Shown here: positions 18,263 through 28,313 of the stretch, one piece after another | Layout of the letters: the number at the start of each line of letters is the position of its first letter | How positions within the stretch are numbered: the first letter of the stretch is position 1 | Origin: a virus | Lineage: Duplodnaviria > Caudoviricetes | DNA length: 42,853 nucleotides | Reading direction: 5' to 3' (one strand) | IMG/VR virus record: IMGVR_UViG_3300032225_001933 | Location: 1 to 42,853 of that record | Notes under the pieces: model-generated | Databases searched by the model: none | Told to the model about the DNA's origin: nothing | Seen by the model: the letters and a program-made list of their open reading frames with translations, nothing else | Program-made: the position numbers and the translations under genes

Positions 18263-18751
18263 TTAGAAGTTCAAGATACAGTAGTCCATAGCGATAGTTA
18301 CGCTAAGAGCTATTGCAGCGTCACCAGTTGCCCAATCGTAATCGCCAAAGCTGGCTGTCTTACAATAAGCACCTTTGATAACCCACTCACTTACGATATC
18401 ACCTACAGGACCTAATACGTTCAAAGTTATATCTTTCTTATAGAAGTCAGAATAACCATCGCGGCCTGTTACTGATTCGTGTGCTAAACGAGCCCATTCC
18501 ATTACTGATTGTGCACCAGAAGGAGTAATTGGGTCATATAATTCTAAAGTCATATCAGCCCACTTTACTTTACCTTTTACTTTACGGTAAACGTTAATGT
18601 GATCTAATACAATTTCACCAGCATCGAATTCAGGAGCTTTCGCTTTCTTAATTAAATAAGCTGGGATACCATCTATATACATGATAAAGCGGTTGGCTAC
18701 TTTGGGCTCAAACGCTGTAAACATTATTTCATTTGGATCTAATACTGCCAT
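18263..18751 (-). CDS. g19: Tail tube protein (T4 gp19-like)
   Basis: 162 aa after the sheath; GKVKWADMTLELYDPI...EW...YKKDITLNVLGPVGDIVSEWVIKGAY. Confidence 0.9.
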   Translation of the reverse strand: MAVLDPNEIMFTAFEPKVANRFIMYIDGIPAYLIKKAKAPEFDAGEIVLDHINVYRKVKGKVKWADMTLELYDPITPSGAQSVMEWARLAHESVTGRDGYSDFYKKDITLNVLGPVGDIVSEWVIKGAYCKTASFGDYDWATGDAAIALSVTIAMDYCILNF

Positions 18752-18789
18752 TTTATTTTAAATTTTATTTGTTTGTCAATTTGTTACCA

Positions 18790-18797
18790 ATAAATAT
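18790..18797 (-). promoter_or_regulatory. ATATTTAT motif (candidate late promoter)
   Basis: Intergenic, 38 nt before the tube ATG. Confidence 0.6.
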
Positions 18798-18803
18798 ATG
18801 GAA

Positions 18804-18829
18804 CTACATCCCCTATGCAGGGAATGTAG
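18804..18829 (-). terminator. Hairpin spanning the sheath stop codon
   Basis: Minus RNA CUACAUUCCCU-GCAU-AGGGGAUGUAG, 11 bp including one G-U; weak U tail. Confidence 0.45.
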
Positions 18830-20528
18830 CACCAGTTGGAAGAATGTTAAAGTTAAGGATTACAAATTCAGCAGTCTTAGTTGGTTGGATATAAATCTGA
18901 CCTACTAATTTGTTTTGATCTACTATATCAGGAGTATTGTTTGTAGCGTCCATGATTACTTTGTAAGCATATAGACCTTGACGTTGTACTACTGATGATA
19001 AGTATGGATTAACTTGAGCTAAGAATCTGTTTCTTGTTGCGGTTGTATTTTGTTCGAATACTAATGTACGAGCAACACCACCGATAAATCCTTTCAATGC
19101 GATTAACAAACGACGAACGTTTAATCTATCAAGAGCACTTGGTTTTTTCTGTAATGTTTTCTGACCCCAAACACATACTCCAACATTAGGGAATGTAGCT
19201 AATGGGTTAACTCTACCATTATATAAAGTATCACGATCTGTTTGTTGTACTCTACGTTCAGGAGCAACTACTGATGGAATACCACCACGGTTAAGACCTG
19301 CTGGAGCAAACCATTCAGCTGTAGTTGAGTCATTGTATGCTAATACACCACCAATTACTGTTGATGGAGGACACCATACATTTTTACCTAAACCACTTGA
19401 ATATAATTGAACCCAAGGATAATATGTTGCAGCATAGTTACTTAAAAAGTTACCAGCGTTTGATACAGCACTTGCAATTGAAGTACCATAAATACCAGCA
19501 TCTGCTACCCAAACAGCATCACCTCTATTTTCAACAGTTGTAATAGCAGCATTAGCAGCAGTTGTATTATCTAAACCAATACCTGGAGATAATAATACGT
19601 TGAATTGGAAGTTATCTTTATCTGTTAAGAAACGGAAAGCGTTAATATAATCAGCTGGTGCAAATCCTTGAATATTACCAGTAGTAATAGTTTCATTCAT
19701 GCTTTGAGAAGCTGTGGTTGCGGCAACACCACCTAAGAAAGCACCTCCTATTGAACCACTTCCTATAGCTGGCATTAATTGGCCAAAAGTAGCAGCTTTA
19801 AAGTTACCATTATTGTCAAGTGAATCAACAAATGGAGTTGGAACTGATTTTACACGAATAAATGCAGATTTATTAGCAAAACTACCAGAATATGTTACAA
19901 CACCTGTTGTTACATCTGGGACTGGTTTTATATCACCAATAATACGAGAAATGTAGTTTGGTAATTGAGGATCTAAACTTAAGTTAGACCATGTTTCTAA
20001 TACATTCTTTTGAGCAGTTGTATCATCACCTCTTCTAACGATAAGAGTAAATAAACCACTTCCTGTATCAGAATATGCAACTTCCCAACGAATATTTTGA
20101 GCAGTACCTAAATCTAAAGCACCACTTGTTATACTACCTGAGTTGTTCATTAAATCACCCCATGCTAAAGTTTCAAGAACAAATGAACTTGATGGAGCAT
20201 TACTAGCAGTAACAGAAGCTGAAGCGTAAGTTGTTAAACCTGTACTTCCACTAACTATTCTGGTTACTAGGATTGTTTGACCACCGTTAGCAAAATATTC
20301 TTTTGCAGCTAATGATGTAAAGTATTCATAATAATATGAACCACTTTTAAATGTTTCACCAAACAACGTTGCAAATTGGTTGTAGTTGGTGACATAAGTC
20401 GGTACGAAAGGTATACCCTTTACTGTAGGGCCTACCAAAGCAGCACCTACGACTTGTGGGGTGGCGTTATAGAAACTTTGATCAGTCTCTTGTTGGAACA
20501 CGCCCGGGGAGATAATTACTTCTGCCAT
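18813..20528 (-). CDS. g18: Contractile tail sheath protein (gp18-like)
   Basis: ISPGVF start, WFAPAGLNRG, WGQKTL, DRLNVRRLL, FEQN, IQPTKTAEFVILNF. Confidence 0.95.
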   Translation of the reverse strand: MAEVIISPGVFQQETDQSFYNATPQVVGAALVGPTVKGIPFVPTYVTNYNQFATLFGETFKSGSYYYEYFTSLAAKEYFANGGQTILVTRIVSGSTGLTTYASASVTASNAPSSSFVLETLAWGDLMNNSGSITSGALDLGTAQNIRWEVAYSDTGSGLFTLIVRRGDDTTAQKNVLETWSNLSLDPQLPNYISRIIGDIKPVPDVTTGVVTYSGSFANKSAFIRVKSVPTPFVDSLDNNGNFKAATFGQLMPAIGSGSIGGAFLGGVAATTASQSMNETITTGNIQGFAPADYINAFRFLTDKDNFQFNVLLSPGIGLDNTTAANAAITTVENRGDAVWVADAGIYGTSIASAVSNAGNFLSNYAATYYPWVQLYSSGLGKNVWCPPSTVIGGVLAYNDSTTAEWFAPAGLNRGGIPSVVAPERRVQQTDRDTLYNGRVNPLATFPNVGVCVWGQKTLQKKPSALDRLNVRRLLIALKGFIGGVARTLVFEQNTTATRNRFLAQVNPYLSSVVQRQGLYAYKVIMDATNNTPDIVDQNKLVGQIYIQPTKTAEFVILNFNILPTGATFPA

Positions 20529-20571
20529 TTTTTATTAATTTTGTTTAAGATTATTTATTATTTATCTAGTA

Positions 20572-20579
20572 ATAAATAT
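20572..20579 (-). promoter_or_regulatory. ATATTTAT motif (candidate late promoter)
   Basis: Intergenic, 43 nt before the sheath ATG. Confidence 0.6.
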
Positions 20580-20614
20580 CTATAGGGATACGCAAAACGC
20601 AGAAGTAATCAAAG

Positions 20615-20887
20615 TTAGAATGGAGTTATTTCACCTGTTTGTGGGTTAATATTACCCATACCATATTTTTCTTGAAGATCTTTTACTATAACACGTTCTT
20701 TTTCTCCTAATGTTTTAAGATCACTAACAATACCTTCTTTTTCAGATTCTAATGAGGTTTTTTGTTGTGATAGTGATTGTAACTGTGCTTCAACACTACC
20801 AAGTTCAAATACAAACTTATTGTATTGTTGTTGTAATTCATTAACCTGTTGTAATTCTTCTGGTGTTAATTGTTTTGTTTCTGACAT
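20615..20887 (-). CDS. Small coiled-coil protein
   Basis: 90 aa with heptad Gln/Glu/Leu pattern, ending KYGMGNINPQTGEI. Confidence 0.75.
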   Translation of the reverse strand: MSETKQLTPEELQQVNELQQQYNKFVFELGSVEAQLQSLSQQKTSLESEKEGIVSDLKTLGEKERVIVKDLQEKYGMGNINPQTGEITPF

Positions 20888-20892
20888 AATCT

Positions 20893-21126
20893 TTATTTTT
20901 CCCAGCGTTTATCAGGACATGCCTCTAAACCTGGTTTTGGTGAAAATATTTTTTTCTCTAATGGGCAACCACATAATCCACAAACATAAGTATTAAATTG
21001 AGCTATTTGTTTTTTATGAGGACAACCATCACAAACTGATATTCTGTAGTCTGCTATTTGTTGTTGCTCAGGCGTAGGATTAGCTGCGGCCATCCAAGCC
21101 TTAGCGATTTCTACTAATTTAAGCAT
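20893..21126 (-). CDS. Small Cys-rich, probable metal-binding protein (DUF6171-like)
   Basis: R-x3-CDGC...CGLCGC...CPDKRW; TAATG overlap with the upstream gene. Confidence 0.7.
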   Translation of the reverse strand: MLKLVEIAKAWMAAANPTPEQQQIADYRISVCDGCPHKKQIAQFNTYVCGLCGCPLEKKIFSPKPGLEACPDKRWEK

Positions 21127-21425
21127 TATTTTTTAGCTTTTGGTGCAACTTTTTTCTTAGCGCTCATTGTTGGAGCAGGTGTTTCTACTTTAGTAGGTGT
21201 TTCTACTTTAATTGGTTTTTTAGGCTTTTTAGGCTTAGAAACTTCATCAACAACAGGAGCTAAATTTTTAGCTTCTTCTACTGTTTTAGTAATTTCTTCA
21301 TGAATTGAAGGAGCTACGATAGTTTCTTCTACGTGTACTGGTGTAGAGACTGATGATTTCTTTTTTTTAGTAGCATAAACTACTAGAGCAGCTACTACTA
21401 CAAGAGCGATAATTGTGAATAACAT
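21126..21425 (-). CDS. Single-pass membrane protein with Lys/Pro-rich tail
   Basis: N-terminal hydrophobic helix followed by KKKK; basic C-terminus. Confidence 0.75.
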   Translation of the reverse strand: MLFTIIALVVVAALVVYATKKKKSSVSTPVHVEETIVAPSIHEEITKTVEEAKNLAPVVDEVSKPKKPKKPIKVETPTKVETPAPTMSAKKKVAPKAKK

Positions 21426-21448
21426 AATTTAATTTATTTTTGTTTGAT

Positions 21449-21456
21449 ATAAATAT
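21449..21456 (-). promoter_or_regulatory. ATATTTAT motif (candidate late promoter)
   Basis: Intergenic, 23 nt before ATG 21425. Confidence 0.6.
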
Positions 21457-21485
21457 ATACAGAAGATGGAGACCAACCAAATTTT

Positions 21486-22592
21486 TTATCCAACACCACC
21501 ACATCCTAAAAGAGATTGTACACTTGGAGGGTTTGATAGTATTGGACCAGTACTTACATTTGTACTATTAGGCCCTATATACCATGTGCTAGCTGTAGGA
21601 GATGCTGTAAAACTGCCACCAAATGTAATATAATCAGAACCAAATACCACTTCTCTACCTAATTTGTTTACAAAGTATGCTCCTAATGCTCCTCTTTGTA
21701 TACTAACTGGATTTCCTGGAGTTCCTTTTACAATGAACCTATAAAAGTTATTTGTACTAAATCCTGTAAACTGGATACCATGACCTGCAGTAGATGTATT
21801 ATCTATGAAGTTTACAAATGTATTATTACCACTTGTTATAACAATACCAGTTCCTGCTCCTCTTGCTATTTCTAAAGTGTAATAAGAAAGACCTCCACTA
21901 TTAAAAGAAATATTACTTGTACTTGAATTAGTAATTAAAATTCTACTTTGTTCAGGATTAAATGTTAAATTTGTTATTGTAGTAAAATTCCAAGGAATTG
22001 TACCAGTTACTGTCCAAGTACCACATCCCATACTAAGAGTTCTTACATTAGAATTATTACTACTAATTCCAGCAGCAGTTATATTTGCACAATTAACTAC
22101 TGTTAAAGTTCCTGCTGTTAAAGTTAATGTATTTCCAATAGTTACATTTGCATTTAAGATTAAAGCATTAACAGCTGTTATATTAAAATTAGCTGTCACA
22201 TTCATAGCATCTAAAACTTGCCAAACACCAGCTCCATTATTAAATGTAACAGTATTATTAATAGTTTTACCATTAAGAGTTATATATCCTCCAACACCTG
22301 AAGTAAATGTAGCTGTACCTGTCCAGCTTTGAGTCATACCTGTTGAAAAACGTAAAGATACTCCTGTAGCTGTACCATCACTAGATCCAGCTATAGTCAT
22401 TGAAGCAGATCCACTAAGTATACCTGTATATCCATTAAAATCAATACTATTAAATTGGTAGTTAGCATTAACATTACAAGCAGCTGAATTATTAAACACA
22501 AGATCATCTGTTGCTGTAGGAGTAGCAGCAGGACTCCAATTGGAAGCTACGTTCCAGTTAGCAGTTGTCCCAACCCATGTTTTAATAGCCAT
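21486..22592 (-). CDS. Beta-helix-like spike/adhesin protein
   Basis: TWVG...NWNVASNWS...PTATDDLVF start and Thr/Asn/Gly-rich beta-strand repeats. Confidence 0.6.
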   Translation of the reverse strand: MAIKTWVGTTANWNVASNWSPAATPTATDDLVFNNSAACNVNANYQFNSIDFNGYTGILSGSASMTIAGSSDGTATGVSLRFSTGMTQSWTGTATFTSGVGGYITLNGKTINNTVTFNNGAGVWQVLDAMNVTANFNITAVNALILNANVTIGNTLTLTAGTLTVVNCANITAAGISSNNSNVRTLSMGCGTWTVTGTIPWNFTTITNLTFNPEQSRILITNSSTSNISFNSGGLSYYTLEIARGAGTGIVITSGNNTFVNFIDNTSTAGHGIQFTGFSTNNFYRFIVKGTPGNPVSIQRGALGAYFVNKLGREVVFGSDYITFGGSFTASPTASTWYIGPNSTNVSTGPILSNPPSVQSLLGCGGVG

Positions 22593-22840
22593 TAGATAAT
22601 TTCAGTTAAGTTAAGTTGTTGTAATATATATTCTTTCACAATTGTATCATCTACTCCCCATTGATCGATAATAGTCTGAGGAAGTAATAAACTTCCTTCT
22701 TTACTAATTGTAGTACCGCTCACTTTCCAAAACACATATATTTCAGAAGGATACAAGGGAAAAGACTCTACTCTTATTTCTAGCTCTGTAGCTGTTCCTC
22801 CTAAAGGAAGTTGTACAAAATCTGTAGGTGTAATTTGCAT
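22592..22840 (-). CDS. Small hypothetical protein in the fibre cluster
   Basis: Likely start MQITPTDF at 22840, which avoids overlap with the upstream gene; ends WGVDDTIVKEYILQQLNL. Confidence 0.65.
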   Translation of the reverse strand: MQITPTDFVQLPLGGTATELEIRVESFPLYPSEIYVFWKVSGTTISKEGSLLLPQTIIDQWGVDDTIVKEYILQQLNLTEII

Positions 22841-22847
22841 GTTAAAA

Positions 22848-23309
22848 TTATTTATAAAATACGTTAATAATAAGATCATTTAAGCCAACAGCTGTATTAT
22901 CGCTATTAGTTAAACCTGTAACAGTTGTAATTGCTATTCCTGAGCTAAATGCTATTCCATTGGGAAATGATACGTTCGTAGCAGCAAGACCAGGAATCAT
23001 AATCGATAAGTACACATTAGATCCTGCTGTTGGTGTACCTGCTGTATTGTGAAAAGCCACTTTTCTAGCATTAGCATTTGAATTATACATGTACCAACCT
23101 GTAACAACTCCTTGAGATGCCTTGATAGATATTGGATTAGTTGTTGCAGCACTAACTATAGCAAGCGAGCCTGAGCTGGATACAGAATCACCACCGGTAG
23201 CAGATGATATCAATGATGTATTTAAGGTTGATTGATTTGTTGCAATTGCTACTGGTAAAGAACCAGCCATTGTTGTTTGTCCTAATGCGGGTTGTGGATT
23301 GTATGCCAT
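22848..23309 (-). CDS. Beta-rich structural/decoration protein
   Basis: 153 aa, Ser/Thr/Ala/Gly-rich, in the fibre cluster. Confidence 0.65.
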   Translation of the reverse strand: MAYNPQPALGQTTMAGSLPVAIATNQSTLNTSLISSATGGDSVSSSGSLAIVSAATTNPISIKASQGVVTGWYMYNSNANARKVAFHNTAGTPTAGSNVYLSIMIPGLAATNVSFPNGIAFSSGIAITTVTGLTNSDNTAVGLNDLIINVFYK

Positions 23310-23313
23310 AGTA

Positions 23314-26300
23314 TTATATTATGAACCAGTTTGAATTATTTGATATTAATGTTATTGATGCGCTTGGAATTAATAGTGAGGCTGTTGCTCCTCCATCTAT
23401 TGTTTGTGATCCAGATGCGGTTGTTGTTACAGTGTTTGTTCCACCATCTATTTTCTTGATTGTAAATTTAGCTGTATTACTTACTGCTGTAGGTAGATTA
23501 ATTGTTGTTGCTCCAGCTGTTGCAGCATCAACTAATAATATTATATCTCCTGATGTTTGTACTGCATTATATGGTGTTGATGATATTGATACAACAGTAT
23601 ATCCTCCACCAACTCCAGTTAAGCCACTTCCATTTCCTGAAAAGGATCCAGTTATACCGGCTGTTACATTTAGTGATCCAGTTATTACTGTATTACCATT
23701 TACATCTAATGTAGCATTAGCAGAAGTTTTATTTCCTATTGCTACTTTTTGACTTCCATTTGGATTTAATATTAAATCACTAGCAGAACCTACACCACCT
23801 GATGTCCTAACTGATATAGCTCCGTAAGTGTTTCCTGTAGCTGCTCCTAATGTTGTATATAAATTCGTACCTGTTGAACCTCCTACGTAATCTGTAGTTG
23901 TGTGACTGAATCCATTAATTCCTGCTTTTGCTGTTTGAGTACCTGTAAATGTATTTGAACCTGTTGTTGCAAACGAGCTAGTTTGACTATTTAGTACAAA
24001 CGATGATGTTTGGCTATTAGTTACAAAACTACTAGTCTGGTTATTAAGTACAAAACTAGATGTTTGGCTATTAGTTACAAACGAACTAGTAGCAGTATTA
24101 ATACTTTGAGTAAATGAGTTAAATGAGCTTGTTGTTGTAAATGAGGCTGTTTGACTATTTGTAACGAAACTTGACGTTTGACTATTTAGTACGAAACTAC
24201 TAGTTTGGCTATTTGTAACAAACGATGATGTTTGACTATTCGTAACAAAGCTACTAGTTTGACTATTTAATACAAATGAGCTTGTATCACTATTTAAAAC
24301 ATAATTAGAAGCAGATACAAAATTTGTAGCCCAACTAGCAGTACCAAATAAGGAACCAGTAAACGAACTAGCAGATATATTTTGTGTTACTGTTAATGAT
24401 CCTGTTAATCCATATGATCCAGTTAATTGTTTTTTATTGTTCCATGTAGCTCCAGTTCCATAAACCAATAGATCACCTGGTGTATTACCTGATAATGATA
24501 CATCTGCTAGTCCGGCTAATGTTGTTGATACGAAGTTTGTACCTGATGATCCTACACCGCCAACATTTCTAAATAGTCCTGCTGGTATAATAGTTGCTTC
24601 GTTAGCGTTTAATAGATCACGAGGAGGAGTGCCACTACCGCCTCCTTGTATAATGATGTACCCTATGAATATAGCATTTTGAGCAGTATTAGGTGCTTCA
24701 ATAAAAGGTTCACTATCTTTTGCGTTTGTAGCATTTAATAACGTACCATATCTAGCATTACCATAATAAACAATAAATGCATTTGTTGGTGAATTAGGTA
24801 TCCAGAATACTCGTTGAATGCTCCAATTAGATGCGCCTACAGTTGCTAATTGACCTGTAGTAGTGTCGACGTAGTTTTTATTATCAATTTCGGTATATCC
24901 AGCATTATTTACACCTGTATCAATTACTGGTGTTGATCCCGATAGGTAGTATCTATATATTTTAGAAACATTAATACTGTTTTCTACAACGGTTGATGGG
25001 TGGTTTGCATTAATAATATAGTTAGCACCTTCTCTATATGATGTACCAGCATCTTTAATTATACTTAATGTTGGTGAACTACCGCTTGCTCTAAGCGTAT
25101 GACCTGATATTTTTAATGGGCCAAATGCTCTGAAGAAATCATCTGTTTTTTGATACCCACCATATGATATTTGAGGTGCATTAAATACACCTGTTGATAC
25201 ACTACCACTTAGATGTAGTACAACACCTAATGATATTGAATTATCCCATTGATTTATATCATTTGTACCCCAAGGTACAGTTTGTTGTATTACTGTACCA
25301 GCATTACTAATACCCAGATATGTTATTTTAGCAGATCCAGAATATTGTATAGGTTGTGCTATAAAATTAGGCCAACTAATGTATTGTACTGTAGGGTATG
25401 GTTCACTAGCTGTTGAAGCATTCATTGTAACAATTAAACCACTACCTGATGTTATATTAAATGTTGTTGTACCTGGTGTTGATGATATTACACCACCTCT
25501 TAATAGACCTGTGTATAATGCTCCACCTTCTAGCCAACGTAAACGAACATTATTGTTAAAACCAGCTCCGTTTTGACTAAAGTATAGATCATTTGTTGAG
25601 CCTGATACATAGATGTATGATCCAGAAATAGTTGTATCAATATTTTTATCAACTGCTAAAAACTTAATAATACCATTTGTTTCCATATCACCATACACCT
25701 TAATGGATGGTGTTGCTGGTACTGTTGTTGACCCCGATATTACAATACTACCAGATAATGTTGTATTGCCATATAAATTATTGTTACCTGTTTGGGTTGT
25801 AGAACCAGTTATACTAAGTGAACCAGTCATTGTAGTAGTACCCTGTATAGTACTAGAACCACTTATACCAATACTGCCTGATAATATTGTATTACCAGTT
25901 AGTGTATTGTTACCAGTTTGGGTTGTAGAACCAGTTATATTTAATGATCCAGTTAGTGTTAATATATTTGATCCACTATTAAATGTAAAATTAGGCGAAC
26001 CACTAAATGCACTATTAGCATTAAATTGTATTTGTGTATTTGAGCCGCCTGGTAATGTGCTATTTAAAGCATATGATGCTGTTAAAGCATATGATGCACT
26101 TAATGATCGACTAGCATATGATGCTGTACCAGCAAATTGTGATCCTACAGATGATGTATAGCTATTAAAGCTAGATGTAGTTACAAATGAGCCTGTATCA
26201 ATAGCACCTGCATTTAAAGCAGATGAAGCAGTATAATATAATTGACCTGATGCTGTATCAAACAATATAATATTATCTTGAGGAGATGTTGTTAATCCTG

Positions 26301-27123
26301 GAAATGATACTACCCCTGTTGTACTTAATGAACCTGTTATTTGTGTTGTTGTCGCTATTATTATAGCATCAGTTTGATTAATTGATATAGCATTAGCTCC
26401 GCCGTTTGCATTCAAAGTGACTCCACTAGTATTTACTAATAAAAAATTATTAGTAGGAGCAGTTCCTCCATAATTACCAAATGTATATTCATTGGTTGAA
26501 AAATTCAGATAAAGACCATGACCTGGAGAAGTTCCTGGGTAGTCTGTTCTTAGTATATTACTTGTAATACCTAAATCATAATACTGCTTTAAATAGCTAC
26601 TTGTTAAAGTATTACTTCCACTCCATAATGGAATATATGAACCTGATCCACCTGATAATCCATTACCATTTAAAGCATAAGATGCAGTAGTAGCATATGA
26701 TGATGTACCGGAAAAATGGGATGAACTTGAGCCAGTCCAACTATTAAAACTAGATGTAGTTAAAAATCCACTAGTATTAATAGTACTATTAATAGTAAAA
26801 CTAGGATATGTACCTGTAACACTAATACCTGTACCGCTACCTAAATTAATAGCTGATCCAGGATCTGAATTAGTGATAGTAATAGTACCGGATGTAGTAA
26901 TTGGATTTGTACCACTTAAACTTATACCTGTTCCATTTGCTAATTGTACAGATGTTACTGTACCTGTACCACCACCTGAACCAGATGTAGATAATAATTT
27001 AGTAGTACTACCATCACCATAGTATAATTTACCATCGGTTACATTAATAGCCAATTCACCTTTTACTAATCCTGTTGGTGCTGTACCGGCTGTACTACTA
27101 TTTTTCGTTATTATTCTACCCAT
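23314..27123 (-). CDS. Long fibre protein
   Basis: N-terminal APTGLVKGELAINVTDGKLYYGD fibre-anchor motif; S/T/G-rich shaft repeats; C-terminal TINLPTA...IKKID...TIDG domain. Confidence 0.8.
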   Translation of the reverse strand: MGRIITKNSSTAGTAPTGLVKGELAINVTDGKLYYGDGSTTKLLSTSGSGGGTGTVTSVQLANGTGISLSGTNPITTSGTITITNSDPGSAINLGSGTGISVTGTYPSFTINSTINTSGFLTTSSFNSWTGSSSSHFSGTSSYATTASYALNGNGLSGGSGSYIPLWSGSNTLTSSYLKQYYDLGITSNILRTDYPGTSPGHGLYLNFSTNEYTFGNYGGTAPTNNFLLVNTSGVTLNANGGANAISINQTDAIIIATTTQITGSLSTTGVVSFPGLTTSPQDNIILFDTASGQLYYTASSALNAGAIDTGSFVTTSSFNSYTSSVGSQFAGTASYASRSLSASYALTASYALNSTLPGGSNTQIQFNANSAFSGSPNFTFNSGSNILTLTGSLNITGSTTQTGNNTLTGNTILSGSIGISGSSTIQGTTTMTGSLSITGSTTQTGNNNLYGNTTLSGSIVISGSTTVPATPSIKVYGDMETNGIIKFLAVDKNIDTTISGSYIYVSGSTNDLYFSQNGAGFNNNVRLRWLEGGALYTGLLRGGVISSTPGTTTFNITSGSGLIVTMNASTASEPYPTVQYISWPNFIAQPIQYSGSAKITYLGISNAGTVIQQTVPWGTNDINQWDNSISLGVVLHLSGSVSTGVFNAPQISYGGYQKTDDFFRAFGPLKISGHTLRASGSSPTLSIIKDAGTSYREGANYIINANHPSTVVENSINVSKIYRYYLSGSTPVIDTGVNNAGYTEIDNKNYVDTTTGQLATVGASNWSIQRVFWIPNSPTNAFIVYYGNARYGTLLNATNAKDSEPFIEAPNTAQNAIFIGYIIIQGGGSGTPPRDLLNANEATIIPAGLFRNVGGVGSSGTNFVSTTLAGLADVSLSGNTPGDLLVYGTGATWNNKKQLTGSYGLTGSLTVTQNISASSFTGSLFGTASWATNFVSASNYVLNSDTSSFVLNSQTSSFVTNSQTSSFVTNSQTSSFVLNSQTSSFVTNSQTASFTTTSSFNSFTQSINTATSSFVTNSQTSSFVLNNQTSSFVTNSQTSSFVLNSQTSSFATTGSNTFTGTQTAKAGINGFSHTTTDYVGGSTGTNLYTTLGAATGNTYGAISVRTSGGVGSASDLILNPNGSQKVAIGNKTSANATLDVNGNTVITGSLNVTAGITGSFSGNGSGLTGVGGGYTVVSISSTPYNAVQTSGDIILLVDAATAGATTINLPTAVSNTAKFTIKKIDGGTNTVTTTASGSQTIDGGATASLLIPSASITLISNNSNWFII
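23971..24305 (-). repeat. 9-aa (27-nt) SSFV[TL]NSQT tandem repeats
   Basis: Nine full copies in two blocks (5+4) plus one partial copy. Confidence 0.9.
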
Positions 27124-27128
27124 TATAT

Positions 27129-27136
27129 ATAAATAT
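27129..27136 (-). promoter_or_regulatory. ATATTTAT motif (candidate late promoter)
   Basis: 5 nt before the long-fibre ATG. Confidence 0.5.
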
Positions 27137-27357
27137 TAAAAAGTACCTCCATCAATATTTCCAGTAAAATATATTGACCCGGTAATCGTTTGATCACCAA
27201 TAAATGTATTTGATCCTGTGGTTGCGAATGAACCGGTATTAATTGTGCCGAATGTAATTGTATTACCTAAACCATCTGCAAATTCTGATCCACTAACCTG
27301 TACAAGGCGTTGGTATGTTTCATCTATGTAGGATCCTAGTAATGATGGTATTGCCAT
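27136..27357 (-). CDS. Mini fibre-like protein
   Basis: 73 aa; contains the TGSFATTGSNTF module and ends IDGGTF. Confidence 0.7.
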   Translation of the reverse strand: MAIPSLLGSYIDETYQRLVQVSGSEFADGLGNTITFGTINTGSFATTGSNTFIGDQTITGSIYFTGNIDGGTF

Positions 27358-27370
27358 AATAATTCATAAC

Positions 27371-27943
27371 TTACTTTAACATTTGCTTTATAACCGATAC
27401 TTTATCTAAGCCATTTGCTTCACAAACATTATTGAAGAAGGTTTTATGTTGTTGATTCTTAATCAATGTATGAAAACTCTTTGGAGATCCATCGAAGTTT
27501 GTTCTAAAAGCAAAATAACTTATTATCTCGTTTAATGGATCTTTTGATTTTTTTACTACTGGTTGTGGTTTAGCTTCTACTTTAGGTTGTGATGTAGCAA
27601 CCTTAACCTCTACCATTGCTTTAGCTGGTGTAGCTTCAGGTTGTTTTACCTCTACTGTTACGCGTTTTTCAGCTTCCAATTCGTAATTGTTTTCGTAAGG
27701 TACAAACAAAGTATCATCAGCCACAACTTCTAAGCGTATTTTTCCACTTTCTAATAGGTTAGCAAATTTCTTTAGCTTACCCATTGGGATAATACATTGC
27801 TCATTTTCAATTTTACCATTAAAAGCATATTCACAACCATCACCTTCTAAAAATAAACGTACTTTAGCGTTTTTAGCGTTAGCGCCTTCTAATTTGATTT
27901 CGCATTGAAACTCGTTATTCTTATCCTTTAATAATTTGTACAT
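27371..27943 (-). CDS. Hypothetical protein (beta-sandwich-like N-terminus)
   Basis: 190-aa ORF collinear with neighbours. Confidence 0.7.
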   Translation of the reverse strand: MYKLLKDKNNEFQCEIKLEGANAKNAKVRLFLEGDGCEYAFNGKIENEQCIIPMGKLKKFANLLESGKIRLEVVADDTLFVPYENNYELEAEKRVTVEVKQPEATPAKAMVEVKVATSQPKVEAKPQPVVKKSKDPLNEIISYFAFRTNFDGSPKSFHTLIKNQQHKTFFNNVCEANGLDKVSVIKQMLK

Positions 27944-28301
27944 CGCTTAATGTTATTTTTGTTTGAAACTGCTCTTCAATGTGGTTTTGTATATCGGTTA
28001 CCACAGCAGGCGATAATTCTTTTGGTGTTTTTGTTTGAGTGTTTTGTATATCGCCCATGATAAATATCAGCTTAATTTTCTTCCGTACTTTTTTACCTTT
28101 ACCACCTATAACGCCTTGTGGTGCCATACCACCAAGAGTTACTTCAATAACATTAAATACGTGGTTCCATATAACGCGACCACCATTTTCAACAGTGATA
28201 CCATAAACGTCAAAAAGGTACTTTTGATATTCAGTACCTAGTTTAAAGTCATTCCATAAATAATGGGAGTTACCCCATGTTATTTTTTGTTCTGTTAACA
28301 T
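27921..28301 (-). CDS. Hypothetical protein
   Basis: 126-aa ORF collinear with neighbours; internal Lys-rich patch. Confidence 0.7.
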   Translation of the reverse strand: MLTEQKITWGNSHYLWNDFKLGTEYQKYLFDVYGITVENGGRVIWNHVFNVIEVTLGGMAPQGVIGGKGKKVRKKIKLIFIMGDIQNTQTKTPKELSPAVVTDIQNHIEEQFQTKITLSDVQIIKG

Positions 28302-28313
28302 AACTTAATTTAT

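Noticed and set aside
2303-20528. Bacterial contractile injection system or tailocin
   Set aside because: Portal, protease, scaffold, capsid and polymerase genes are contiguous, so this is a phage.
635-28067. Intragenic ATATTTAT copies (635, 5814, 28060)
   Set aside because: Several are expected by chance in AT-rich DNA; 5814 and 28060 could be internal promoters but cannot be supported.
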